Below, piece by piece: positions 49,425 through 58,797 of a stretch of 64,000 bases of DNA (position 1 is the first letter of the stretch; every line of letters begins with the position of its first letter). Source of the DNA: an uncultured Chloroflexia bacterium (GTDB lineage Bacteria > Chloroflexota > Limnocylindria > Limnocylindrales > CSP1-4). The notes beneath the pieces were generated by a model, which was not told the DNA's origin, made no database searches, and saw only the letters and a program-made list of their open reading frames with translations. Position numbers and translations under genes: made by a program. The DNA lies in the NCBI GenBank assembly GCA_963841135.1, contig CAWJBJ010000004.1:829165-893164 (forward strand), written 5' to 3'.

Positions 49425-51319
49425 CCCGCTCGATGGTCGCCCTGCTGCTCGTCGTCTCCCTCGCCGCCGGAGGGTGCGGCACGGCCGAGGTCTCTGCGCC
49501 GCCATCGGCGAGCCCAAGCGCGAGCGCGGTGACCGACTGGCACGACGCCACCCTCGCGCCCGAGGTCCGCGCCGAAGCCCTCCTCGCCGAGATGACGGTC
49601 GACGAGAAGATCGGCCAGATGACCCAGCTCGAGAAGGACTCGGTCGATCCCGCCGGGGTCACGAACCAGCTCCTCGGCTCGGTGCTGAGCGGCGGCGGCG
49701 GCTCGCCGCAGAAGAACGACGCCGACGGCTGGTACGCGATGGTCGATGCCTACCAGGAGGCGGCCCTGGCCACCCGGCTCGGCATCCCGATCCTGTATGG
49801 CGTCGACGCGGTCCACGGCCATGGGAACGTCGTGGGCGCCACGGTCTTCCCCCACGACATCGGCCTGGGCGCCGCGGGCGACCCGGCCCTGGTCGAGCGG
49901 ATCGGCCGTGCCACCGCGGTCGAGATGGCCGCCACCGGCATCCGCTGGGACTTCGGGCCGGTGCTCGCCGTGCCCCAGGACGTGCGCTGGGGTCGCACGT
50001 ACGAGGGGTTCAACGAGGACCCGCTGATCGTCGCGGACCTCGGCAGCGCCTTCATCCGCGGCCTGCAGGGCGCGGACCTCACAGCCAGCGATGCGGTCGC
50101 GGCCACCGCGAAGCACTTCGTCGGTGACGGCGGGACGGCCTGGGGTTCCTCGACGGCGCAGGGCTACGCGATCGACCAGGGCGTGACGGACATCGACGAG
50201 GCGACGCTGCGAGCGATCCATCTGACGCCATACGAGGACGCGATCGAAGCCGGCGTCCGGATCGTCATGGCGTCCTTCTCGAGCACCGCGAACGGAAAGG
50301 TCCATGGCGACCACCACCTGCTGAGCGAGGTGCTGAAAGGCGAGCTCGGGTTCTCCGGATTCGTCGTGTCCGACTGGGGCGGCGTCGACCAGGTGAATGT
50401 GGACTACGACGCGGCGGTCGCGGCGGCCGTCTCCGCAGGCATCGACATGGTCATGGTCCCGTACGACGGGCCCCGCTTCCAGGCGGCGGTCCGCGCCGGG
50501 CTCGACGCGGGGACCATCGAAGGCGTCCGCGTCGACGACGCGGTCGCGCGGATCCTGCGCGTCAAGTTCGAGCTCGGCCTGTTCGAGAACCCGATGCCGC
50601 CGGCGGGCCGCGCCGCCGACCTCGGGTCGACCGAAGACCGTCAACTGGCACGGAGCGCGGCGGCCGCCTCGGCGGTGCTGCTCAAGACCTCGGCCGGAGT
50701 GCTGCCGCTCGCCGGTACCGGCGACGTGTTGCTGGCGGGATCTGGTGCGAACGACGTCGGGCTCCAATCAGGCGGCTGGACGATCGAATGGCAGGGTGCC
50801 GCGGGCCCGATCACGCCAGGCACGACCATCGCGGACGCGCTGGGGGCACGGCTCGGCGATCGCCTGACCGTCGATCCCGAGGCCAGGTTCCGGGCCGGCA
50901 CCCGGGCCGCGACCGGCATCGTGGTCGTCGCCGAGCCGCCCTACGCCGAGGGCCAGGGCGATTCGGCTTCGCTCGAGCTGCCCAGGGCCGACACCGACAT
51001 CGTCGCGGCCGTCCGGCCGTTGGTCGATCGTCTGATCGTCGTCATCCTCTCCGGCCGGCCGGTCATGCTCGATCGCCTCTGGCCCGACGCCGACGCGGTC
51101 GTCGCCGCCTGGCTGCCCGGCACCGAGGGCGCGGGCGTCGCCGACGTGCTCCTCGGCGACGTGCCGTTCGGCGGCACGACGCCGTTCACCTGGCCGAAGT
51201 CGCCGGCCGATGCGCCGCGGACCGGGAAGGAGGCCTGCGACGGTGCGGTCTTCCCCCTCGGCTATGGCCTCGATGCGGCCGGCTTGTTGCTCGGGCCGGC
51301 GGCCTGTTCAGCGCCCTGA
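49421..51319 (+). CDS. glycoside hydrolase family 3 (beta-glucosidase-like) lipoprotein
   Basis: The ATG overlaps the SDR stop (ATGA). Lipobox LLVVSLAAGGCG. GH3 N-domain (KIGQMTQ..., KHFVGDGG, GFVVSDWGG nucleophile region) and C-domain. Confidence 0.85.
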   Translation: MTRSMVALLLVVSLAAGGCGTAEVSAPPSASPSASAVTDWHDATLAPEVRAEALLAEMTVDEKIGQMTQLEKDSVDPAGVTNQLLGSVLSGGGGSPQKNDADGWYAMVDAYQEAALATRLGIPILYGVDAVHGHGNVVGATVFPHDIGLGAAGDPALVERIGRATAVEMAATGIRWDFGPVLAVPQDVRWGRTYEGFNEDPLIVADLGSAFIRGLQGADLTASDAVAATAKHFVGDGGTAWGSSTAQGYAIDQGVTDIDEATLRAIHLTPYEDAIEAGVRIVMASFSSTANGKVHGDHHLLSEVLKGELGFSGFVVSDWGGVDQVNVDYDAAVAAAVSAGIDMVMVPYDGPRFQAAVRAGLDAGTIEGVRVDDAVARILRVKFELGLFENPMPPAGRAADLGSTEDRQLARSAAAASAVLLKTSAGVLPLAGTGDVLLAGSGANDVGLQSGGWTIEWQGAAGPITPGTTIADALGARLGDRLTVDPEARFRAGTRAATGIVVVAEPPYAEGQGDSASLELPRADTDIVAAVRPLVDRLIVVILSGRPVMLDRLWPDADAVVAAWLPGTEGAGVADVLLGDVPFGGTTPFTWPKSPADAPRTGKEACDGAVFPLGYGLDAAGLLLGPAACSAP

Positions 51320-51492
51320 ACGGCATCGGTCCGGCCGGTGGCGGTGCTGCGCCGGTGAGACGAGCTCGCCGGTGCTGACGCCAGCCATGCGGCGAACGCG
51401 CCCGTGCGGATCGGCTTGAGGGGCTCGTCGGGACCATGCAGGGGGCGCCCGACGCCGGTCGTTCGGTCCAGGAACAGGTAGAGCGCTCGCAT
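51262..51492 (-). CDS. possible small ORF (76 aa) antisense to the GH3 3' end
   Basis: GAGGAGA Shine-Dalgarno about 8 nt upstream of the ATG. MRALYLFLDRTTGVGRPLHG... It overlaps the GH3 C-terminus by about 57 nt. No homology recognised. Confidence 0.2.
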   Translation of the reverse strand: MRALYLFLDRTTGVGRPLHGPDEPLKPIRTGAFAAWLASAPASSSHRRSTATGRTDAVQGAEQAAGPSNKPAASRP

Positions 51493-51636
51493 CGGTCGGT
51501 CTCCTCTGTGTCGTCCGGCACGGATCGGCCGGCTGGTTCACAGGGTCGGGCGAGCGCCGGTTGCTGCCATCGGGCAGCACCTCATTCGCGACGGCGCGGG
51601 TACCTCAAAGAAACGGGCCGCGCGTAGACTCGCGCG

Positions 51637-54600
51637 ATGGTGGCCCTGGTCACGAGCCCGGAACTGGTCGGGCGGGACGCGGAACTCGCCGCGCTCGACG
51701 CGGCGTTGTCGCTTGCCGGGAACGGCGAGCCGGGCATCGTCGTGGTCGCCGGCGAAGCCGGGATCGGCAAGACCCGCCTGATCGAGGAGTTCGTCCGCCG
51801 CGCCCGGTCGGGCGGGACGCGGGCGCTCGTCGGAGGCTGCCTGGACCTCGCGGACGACGGCCTGCCCTATGCGCCCTTGACCGAGGCGCTCCGGACCTTC
51901 CTGCGCGGCCTGTCGCCGGACCAGGTCGCCGCCACGCTCGGGCCGGCCCGCGACGAGATCGGGCGGCTGCTGCCCGGCATCGCGCGGATCACCCGTTCGG
52001 GCGCCCGGGAGGACGCGCCCGACACCGATGCGCGATCGGGCCTGGCACAGGCCAGCCTGTTCGGGCTCGTCCTGGGACTGCTCGGCGACCTCGCGGCCGA
52101 GACCCCGACCGTCCTCGTGTTCGAGGACCTGCACTGGGTGGACCGCGGGACGCGCGACCTGATCACGTTCCTCGCCCGGAACCTCGAGCGGGAGCGGCTC
52201 TTGATCGTGCTCACCGTCCGGACCGACGGGCTCGCGCCGGGACATCCGGTGCCGGCATGGCTGGCCGAGCTCGAGCGCGACCCCCGGACGGGTCGCCGGG
52301 ACCTCGACCGGCTGGATCGCGCCGAGGTCGGGCGACAGGTCGCCACGATCCTCGGGTCCGCCGCCGACGACGCCCAGGTGGACCGGATCCACGCCCGGTC
52401 GGGCGGCAACCCCTTCTTCGTGGAGGAGCTCGTCGGCGTGGAGCGTCGCGGCGGGACCGGGCCGCTGCCGCGAACCCTGTCCGAGACCCTTGCAGGCCAG
52501 ATCGCGACGCTGCCCGACGAGAGCCAGCGCCTGCTCGGCGTCATCGCGGTCGCCGGCCGGCCGGTGGACGAGCGGCTCGTCGCAGCCGTGTCCGACCGCG
52601 ACGAAACGGCGGTCCGCGAGCCGATCCGGACCGCGGTCACGGCCGGGATCCTCGTCCCGGATCCGGCGACCGGCGCCCTGCGGCCGCGGCATGCGCTGCT
52701 GGGCGAGGTGCTGGAGCGGGACCTGCTGCCAGCCGAGCGCCGGGCGATCCATGAGCGGTTCGCCACGGTGCTCTCGGACCGCCCCGAGCTGGCTGACCCG
52801 AGCCCGGCCGGCGCCGCCGCCGAGCTCGCCCACCACTGGCTGGTCGCAGACCGGCCATCGGAGGCGTTTCGCGCCTGCATCGCCGCGGCGGAGGCTGCCG
52901 AGCGCGTGTACGCGCATGCCGCGGCCTGTCGCCAGTACGCGCTGGCGATCGCCCTCGAACCGCGCCTGTCGGCCGAGGTGCGAGCGGATCCGGACCTGCC
53001 CGATCCCGTCGAGCTGCGGCGGCGGGCCGCCTGGGTGGCCGATGACGCCGACGACGGCGACCAGGCGATCGCCTGGCTGCGGGATGCGCTGGAACGGGTC
53101 GACGCCGACGAGCGACCCGAGCTGGCCGGCTTCCTCCACTCGCGGATCGGGTACAGCCTGTGGACCCAGGACCGCAACGAGGAGGCGCTGGCTGAGCACC
53201 GGGAGGCCGTCCGGTTGGTCCCGGAGGAGCCGCCGTCCGCCGAGCGTGCGCATGTGCTCGTCGGCCTGGCCGGCTGGTTGATGGGTGCCGGTCACTACGG
53301 GGAGTCGCGCGAGGTCAGCGAATCGGCGATCGCGTGCGCCGTGGCGGCCGGTGCCGCGGCGGCCGAAGGTCGGGCGCGCGCCATCCTCGGGCCGGACCTG
53401 GCGTCACTCGGCGAGGCCGACGCGGGGATCGCCGAGCTCGAGGCCGCGCGCCGGATCGGTGAGGAGCACGGCCTCATCGACATCGAGATCCTCGCCAGCG
53501 CGAACCTCGCCTACCAGCTCATCGTCGCCGACCGCCTCGACGACGCCGAAGCGGCCGCGGCCGCCGGGATCGAGGCGGCCCGGATGCACGGCCTGGAGCG
53601 TCGATTCGGCGCCCACTTCCATGCCGTCGCCATCGACGCGATGTACCGATCCGGCCGCTGGAACGAGGCGGAGACCGATGCGCGGGCAAGCATCGCCCGA
53701 CATGCTGGTGGCCTCGGGACGATCTATCGCGACGCGGCCACGGCGCGTCTGCTCAGCGCCCGCGGCCAGCCGGACGTGGCGCACCCGCTCCTGGCCGCGT
53801 CCGAACGCCTCCACGTGGGCGAGATCGACGCCGATGTCGGCGCATACGTGGCGCTCGTTGCCGCGGAACTGGCGCTCGACGAAGGCGAGCCGGAACGGGC
53901 GACGGGGGCCGTGACTGCCGGCTGGGCGCACCTCGACGCCGGAGACGACACCGTGCTCGTGGGTCCGCTCTGCGCGCTGGGCCTGCGGGCGGCCGCGGAT
54001 CGCGCGGAACGCGCCAGGGCGCTGCGTCGACCGGCGGACGTCGCGGCGGCCGAGGCGGACGGCGCGACGGCGTCCGGGCGGGCAGACGCCCTCTGGGCGG
54101 CGCATCCGCCGACGACCGCCTCGGGCCGTGCAGTGCAGGCGCTCTGCGCGGCCGAGGCCGCTCGCTTGGCCGAGACCGCCGATGCGGCAGGGTGGCACGC
54201 GGTGGCCGACGCGTGGTCGACGATCCCCATGCCGTACCCGGCGGCCTACGCACGCCTTCGTGAGGCGGAGGCCCTCCTGATGAGCGGCGCACGCGAGGGC
54301 GCGGGCGCGACCCTGGGCCGGGCCCGCGATGCCGCGACCGCCCTGGGCGCCCGCCGGCTCCAGGAGGCCGTCGACGCGCTTGCGCGTCGTGGACGCGTGC
54401 CGATGCCGACGACCGGAGCGACAGCCGGGTCCGCGGCGCCAGGCCCGGACGAGGGCGGAGACCGAGGCGCGGGCACGCCCGTGATGGCGATCCCGTCCGC
54501 GGGCGCCGGAGCGTCGACCGACCTGGGCCTGTCGGTCCGCGAGCTCGAGGTCCTTGCGCTGGTCGCCGCCGGACGGACGAACGGGCAGATCGCCAAGGAG

Positions 54601-54741
54601 CTGTTCATCAGCCCGAAGACGGCCAGCGTCCACGTGACCCATATCCTCGACAAGCTGGGCGTGAGCAGCCGCATCGAGGCGGCGATGATCGCCGCCCGTG
54701 CGGGTCTGGCCGCGGCCGCGGACGTGGACCCGTCGGACTAG
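51637..54741 (+). CDS. LuxR-family large ATP-binding regulator (LAL), second paralog
   Basis: [15 protein letters not shown] (P-loop) ... C-terminal [45 protein letters not shown]. 1034 aa. Confidence 0.8.
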   Translation: MVALVTSPELVGRDAELAALDAALSLAGNGEPGIVVVAGEAGIGKTRLIEEFVRRARSGGTRALVGGCLDLADDGLPYAPLTEALRTFLRGLSPDQVAATLGPARDEIGRLLPGIARITRSGAREDAPDTDARSGLAQASLFGLVLGLLGDLAAETPTVLVFEDLHWVDRGTRDLITFLARNLERERLLIVLTVRTDGLAPGHPVPAWLAELERDPRTGRRDLDRLDRAEVGRQVATILGSAADDAQVDRIHARSGGNPFFVEELVGVERRGGTGPLPRTLSETLAGQIATLPDESQRLLGVIAVAGRPVDERLVAAVSDRDETAVREPIRTAVTAGILVPDPATGALRPRHALLGEVLERDLLPAERRAIHERFATVLSDRPELADPSPAGAAAELAHHWLVADRPSEAFRACIAAAEAAERVYAHAAACRQYALAIALEPRLSAEVRADPDLPDPVELRRRAAWVADDADDGDQAIAWLRDALERVDADERPELAGFLHSRIGYSLWTQDRNEEALAEHREAVRLVPEEPPSAERAHVLVGLAGWLMGAGHYGESREVSESAIACAVAAGAAAAEGRARAILGPDLASLGEADAGIAELEAARRIGEEHGLIDIEILASANLAYQLIVADRLDDAEAAAAAGIEAARMHGLERRFGAHFHAVAIDAMYRSGRWNEAETDARASIARHAGGLGTIYRDAATARLLSARGQPDVAHPLLAASERLHVGEIDADVGAYVALVAAELALDEGEPERATGAVTAGWAHLDAGDDTVLVGPLCALGLRAAADRAERARALRRPADVAAAEADGATASGRADALWAAHPPTTASGRAVQALCAAEAARLAETADAAGWHAVADAWSTIPMPYPAAYARLREAEALLMSGAREGAGATLGRARDAATALGARRLQEAVDALARRGRVPMPTTGATAGSAAPGPDEGGDRGAGTPVMAIPSAGAGASTDLGLSVRELEVLALVAAGRTNGQIAKELFISPKTASVHVTHILDKLGVSSRIEAAMIAARAGLAAAADVDPSD

Positions 54742-54780
54742 AGCCCCGTGCGTGTCGCCGGCGCGCGGGCCGGAGCGTGA

Positions 54781-55254
54781 TTAGCTATTTGACGAGCGTC
54801 GACGGACCTGTGCGGTGAAGATCTGGACCGGGATGCCCTCGTCGTCGGGAGTGCCGACGCTGATGTTCTCGACCAGGAGCTTGCCCTGGGTGACCTCGTT
54901 CACGAAGTCCAGCAACGTCCCCTGCGTGTCGGACAGGTGCCTGGCATGGACCTCGAACGTGTCGGCCTCGTACTCATGGCCTCGCAGCAGGTCGCGCGCG
55001 GCGATCGCCGCGACCTCGTGGTCCGCGTCAGAGGGCCGCTCATCGACCCAGAACCAGAAATCGCCGCCCAGCTCGACCTGACTCCCGCCTGCGGCCCGAA
55101 GGTTGAAGCCGGCGTCGCGCAGGATCGTGAGCATCTCGGAGAGGGCGCCCGCCCGGTACGTGGCGCTGATGGCGATGTCATCGCCACCATCGCCGTCGAT
55201 GCTCATGCCGCTCGAGCCGCTCTTGGACGTCTTGGCCTTGACCTGCAGATGCAT
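54781..55254 (-). CDS. ACT-like domain protein (paralog of the 19010 ACT protein)
   Basis: LSEMLTILRDAGFNLRAAGGSQVELGG... parallels MASLAEALAARGIDLRAIGGG of the other ACT protein. Lys/Ser-rich N-terminus. The start may be Met17. Confidence 0.5.
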   Translation of the reverse strand: MHLQVKAKTSKSGSSGMSIDGDGGDDIAISATYRAGALSEMLTILRDAGFNLRAAGGSQVELGGDFWFWVDERPSDADHEVAAIAARDLLRGHEYEADTFEVHARHLSDTQGTLLDFVNEVTQGKLLVENISVGTPDDEGIPVQIFTAQVRRRSSNS

Positions 55255-55353
55255 CCCGAACCCTCCCTCTAGCCCCTGGTCAAACGACCGAAGGCTCGGA
55301 CATGGTACGACCCGGGTGTACGCGATCCGCCACCCGGGTCGTGTCGGTCCGGT

Positions 55354-55528
55354 TCAAGCGCCGGACGGGCGCAGCAGGAGCCAACGCAGGTCGCGGACCC
55401 GGAACCGCTCCCGCGGTTCCTCGTGCGGGATCGAGCTTCGATTGCGGACCAGGCGATCGCGCCGGGCCTCGTCCTCGAGCTCGGCCCGCCGCGCGTTGGC
55501 AAGTCGGAGCATCGTCTCCGGGTGGTAC
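55354..55528 (-). CDS. small 58-aa protein with a perfect Shine-Dalgarno
   Basis: AAGGAGGG lies 6 nt upstream of ATG. MYHPETMLRLANARRAELEDEARRDRLVRNRSSIPHEEPRERFRVRDLRWLLLRPSGA. Not in the ORF table (<60 aa). Charged and helical. Confidence 0.4.
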
Positions 55529-55703
55529 ATCGTGACCCTCCTTGGATCTCAGGCCGAACCACGTCGGCGTTGTGTCCAAGGTGGCGTCGCTCCGCTCCAC
55601 GGCCATCCGGCGGCGGCCCAGTCCGCTGCTGCGGTACGCCCTCAATCTCGAGCGTCCCTCGCCGGGCGCTACCTTAGCCGGCCACCGCCGGCCGGCTGCG
55701 AGC

Positions 55704-56111
55704 TCAGTCGAGCCAGACGCGATCCTGGTTGTCCGGGTCGTCGATCGGCGAGGAGATGAACAGCACCTGGGGTGCGTCCTCGAACTCGCCGCCGTGGGGC
55801 GTGTTCGCCGGGATGACCCACACGTCGCCCTTCTTCACCGGCCGGGTGACCCCGCCCACGGTCACCGAGCCCGTCCCCGCGAGGACATACCCGATCTCGT
55901 CGTGGGTGGTGTGCACGTGCGTCCGGAACGGCCCGGCATGACCCTGGAACACGAAGACGCTCGACTGGGTGCCGTGCCCCAGGTACGTCCGCTTGAAGAT
56001 GTCGGCATCGGTGAGCAGGTCGGCCTCGACCGCGGCCGCGACGTCGACGACGTCGACCTTGGTCAGGTGGCTCAGGTCGGGGGCTGGGGCGTCGGTGTCG
56101 TGATGGCTCAT
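55704..56111 (-). CDS. cupin domain protein
   Basis: GGAGGAA Shine-Dalgarno. MSHHDTDAP...VFVFQGHAGPFRTHVHTTHDEIGYVLAGTGSVTVGG...GDVWVIPANTPHGGE (cupin motifs G(X)5HxH...E and PxGxxH). Confidence 0.75.
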   Translation of the reverse strand: MSHHDTDAPAPDLSHLTKVDVVDVAAAVEADLLTDADIFKRTYLGHGTQSSVFVFQGHAGPFRTHVHTTHDEIGYVLAGTGSVTVGGVTRPVKKGDVWVIPANTPHGGEFEDAPQVLFISSPIDDPDNQDRVWLD

Positions 56112-56755
56112 CGCGGTTCCTCCTTCAGGCGATCGCGGCGCGCGACCACGGCTTCGAACAGGAAGTGGTAGACCTCGGTGTGGCGCTTGGCCTCCCAGAC
56201 GTCGTCGCCCCAGATGTAGGCGCCATGGTCGGCGACGATCACCGCGAATGCGCGCTCGAAGCGCGGATCGGCGAGGACGGCCTCCAGCTGCTCGACGAGC
56301 TCGCCCTCGCGGGGCGTGTTGCGGATCACGGGCAGGAGGTGGACGTCGCGGTTGGCGACGCCACGGATCCCTTTGAGCATCTCGAGATCGCGGATCGCGA
56401 TGTGGTCGGCTCCGGTCGCGAGGTCGCCGGCGAGGACGGCCGACAGCGCGTGCGAGTGGACCACGCTCCGTGCGCCGCGCTGGCGCGCGGCGAGGCAGAA
56501 GATCGAGTTGCACTCGCTGGGGCGGAGCGTCCTGTCGGCAGGTGTGGCGAGGACGCGGCCATCGGCGGTGTCGACCGTGAAGAATTCGTTCGGACGGATC
56601 CGCTCCTTGTGGACGCCGGTCGGCGCCAGGAGCAGGCCGCCGCCGTCGGCCGGACCGGAGATGCCGCCGCCGGTCCCTGAGACCCAGCCCTTCGCGTAGA
56701 ACGTCCCAAGGAGCTCGACCAGCAGCTCCCGGGTCGCCTGTTCGGTCTTGCTCAT
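56108..56755 (-). CDS. class II aldolase/adducin family protein (MtnB/FucA-like)
   Basis: MSKTEQATRELLVELLGTFYAKGWVSGTGGGISG...SVVHSHALSAVLAG (HxH Zn site). It overlaps the cupin start (ATGA). Confidence 0.8.
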   Translation of the reverse strand: MSKTEQATRELLVELLGTFYAKGWVSGTGGGISGPADGGGLLLAPTGVHKERIRPNEFFTVDTADGRVLATPADRTLRPSECNSIFCLAARQRGARSVVHSHALSAVLAGDLATGADHIAIRDLEMLKGIRGVANRDVHLLPVIRNTPREGELVEQLEAVLADPRFERAFAVIVADHGAYIWGDDVWEAKRHTEVYHFLFEAVVARRDRLKEEPR

Positions 56756-56883
56756 GACGCCCGATAGCGTAGCGCCGCGGCACCTGGCCGGACGCGGCCG
56801 CACGGCGGGCGGGCCGGGCCCAGCGCCGCAGGACGCGAGTCGGCCGGCGACCCCTTCCCGCGGTCTGGTCTATCGTCCGCCGC

Positions 56884-58665
56884 GTGACCGAGCGACCGGA
56901 GCCGCCGCCGGACGCGGGCCGCGTCATCGCGGACCGCTACCGGCTGGGCGCGATCATCGGACGCGGCGGGATGGCGACCATCTACCGCGCCCACGACACA
57001 CGCCTTGGCCGTGACGTCGCGCTCAAGCTGCTTCGGCCGGAGATCAGCGCCGACCGGGACCTGGCGGATCGCTTCCGGCGGGAGGCGCTCGCGGCGACCG
57101 TCCTGCGCCACCGCAACATCGTGGCCTGCGTCGACACCGGTTCGGATCCCGCCGGCCCGTTCCTGGTCATGGACCTCATCGAGGGCGAGGACCTCGCGGC
57201 GCGGCTGGTCCGGACGGGACCGCTCACGCCGGCCGAGGTGACGCGGATCGGGCTCGACATCGCCCGCGCCCTGGGCGTGGCCCACGCGCGCGGCATCGTC
57301 CACCGCGACGTGAAGCCGAGCAACATCCTGCTCGCCCGCGACGGGCGGGCGATGATCACCGACTTCGGGATCGCCCGCCTGGCTGCCGACGCCGAGGGGG
57401 CGTTGCCCGGGACGACGCTCGGCTCGGTGCAGTACTTCAGCCCCGAGCAGGCGCAGGGCCTGACGACGACGCCCGCCTCCGACGTGTACGGCCTCGGGCT
57501 CGTGCTGTACGAGGCGTTGACCGGCCAGCGGCCCTGGAGCGGCGAGTCGCCCGGCAGGATCGCCCTGGCACGGGTCGGCGCGACGGCCCCCTCGCCCAGG
57601 GACGGCCGCCCGGACGTGCCGCTCGCACTCGACGCCGTGGTGACGCGCGCCCTCGCCGCGGCGCCCGGTGCGCGGTATCCCAGCGGCACCGCGATGGCGA
57701 TGGCCCTGGAGCCGATCCTCGGTGTCGTCGACCCCACGAGCGCGACGACCATCGTCGACCGCAGTGGCTGGGAGACCGGGTCAGCGGTGACGCAGAGCGC
57801 ATCCCCGGGTGCGCGCCGGGCGATCGACCCGCGTCACGGCAATCGGAGAGCCGGCCGCCAGGCACGGTCCGACACGGGTCGGATCGGCCGTCTGCTCGCG
57901 ATCGGGGTCGTCCTGCTGGTGGCCGCGGTCCTCGCGTTGGGCGCCATCCCGGCCTTCGGGGACGTGGGGGACGAGGCGTCCGCGTCGCCGTTCCCGGTCG
58001 CATCGGCCACGCTGGTCGCGCGGGTGACCCCGGAGCCGACCGCAGAGCCGACGCCCACGCCCACGCCGACCCCATCGCCGACCCTCGAACCGACGCCCCT
58101 GACGACGCCCGAGCCGCCGCCCGTCGACGCGGGCGAGGTCGCCGCCCTGTGCGATCCGTTCTTCGAGATCCCATGTGCGCTCGGGCCCGGCCTCTACGCC
58201 CCGATGCGCTTCGAGCCGGAGATCTTCTTCAAGCTCGGCGAGGGCTGGTCGGCGGCGACGAATGACCAGCGGCTCGTCGTCCTGGCGCGCGACGAGGGGT
58301 TCATCACGCTCGCGAGCCATGTCGACGTCCCGGATGCGCGGGAGAAGGACGAGGCCTCCGCGCGGAAGCTCATCGATGCGATCGCGCGACTCGACGACCT
58401 CTCGGCGACGAAACCGGCCCAGGTCAGGATCGACAAGCTCCGCGGCCGGTCCATCGATGTCGAGGCGAGCGGGTCGGACCGGGTCGAGATCTTCACGGCT
58501 GGTGGCCAGGCCTACGTCGTGGAGCGCGATCGCCCGACCCGGGTCGTCGCGCTCGATGTCGACGGAGAGGTCCTCCTGATCGTCATCGAGCCGGCCGGGG
58601 GACGGACGCTGGATTCGATCCTCGAGACCGCGGACGACGTGGCCGCCAGCGTGCGCCGCCGCTGA
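56884..58665 (+). CDS. Ser/Thr protein kinase (Pkn family) with TM helix and extracytoplasmic domain
   Basis: GRGGMATIY, VALK, HRDVKPSNILL, DFGIAR, SPEQ. A TM segment LLAIGVVLLVAAVLALGAI and a Pro/Thr linker follow. Confidence 0.85.
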   Translation: MTERPEPPPDAGRVIADRYRLGAIIGRGGMATIYRAHDTRLGRDVALKLLRPEISADRDLADRFRREALAATVLRHRNIVACVDTGSDPAGPFLVMDLIEGEDLAARLVRTGPLTPAEVTRIGLDIARALGVAHARGIVHRDVKPSNILLARDGRAMITDFGIARLAADAEGALPGTTLGSVQYFSPEQAQGLTTTPASDVYGLGLVLYEALTGQRPWSGESPGRIALARVGATAPSPRDGRPDVPLALDAVVTRALAAAPGARYPSGTAMAMALEPILGVVDPTSATTIVDRSGWETGSAVTQSASPGARRAIDPRHGNRRAGRQARSDTGRIGRLLAIGVVLLVAAVLALGAIPAFGDVGDEASASPFPVASATLVARVTPEPTAEPTPTPTPTPSPTLEPTPLTTPEPPPVDAGEVAALCDPFFEIPCALGPGLYAPMRFEPEIFFKLGEGWSAATNDQRLVVLARDEGFITLASHVDVPDAREKDEASARKLIDAIARLDDLSATKPAQVRIDKLRGRSIDVEASGSDRVEIFTAGGQAYVVERDRPTRVVALDVDGEVLLIVIEPAGGRTLDSILETADDVAASVRRR

Positions 58666-58797
58666 ACGTCGAGGGCCGGGCCCGACGGCCCCGCCCGGTC
58701 AAGTCGGATGTGACTGGGCGGCAATGGGACGTCCGCTGCGGTCTGGTGGGCCTATCGGACCATCGACACCCGCGATCGGTACCACCAACCTCACGAG

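Noticed and set aside
48103-51320. tRNA-Gly as a possible genomic-island integration site
   Set aside because: No integrase, recombinase, direct repeat of the tRNA 3' end, or compositional shift was found downstream. The flanking genes (ABM, SDR, GH3) look chromosomal.
55704-56927. 407-aa minus-strand ORF
   Set aside because: Only the last 135 codons (the cupin gene) are protein-like. The upstream part is an Arg-rich readthrough across the aldolase gene in another frame.
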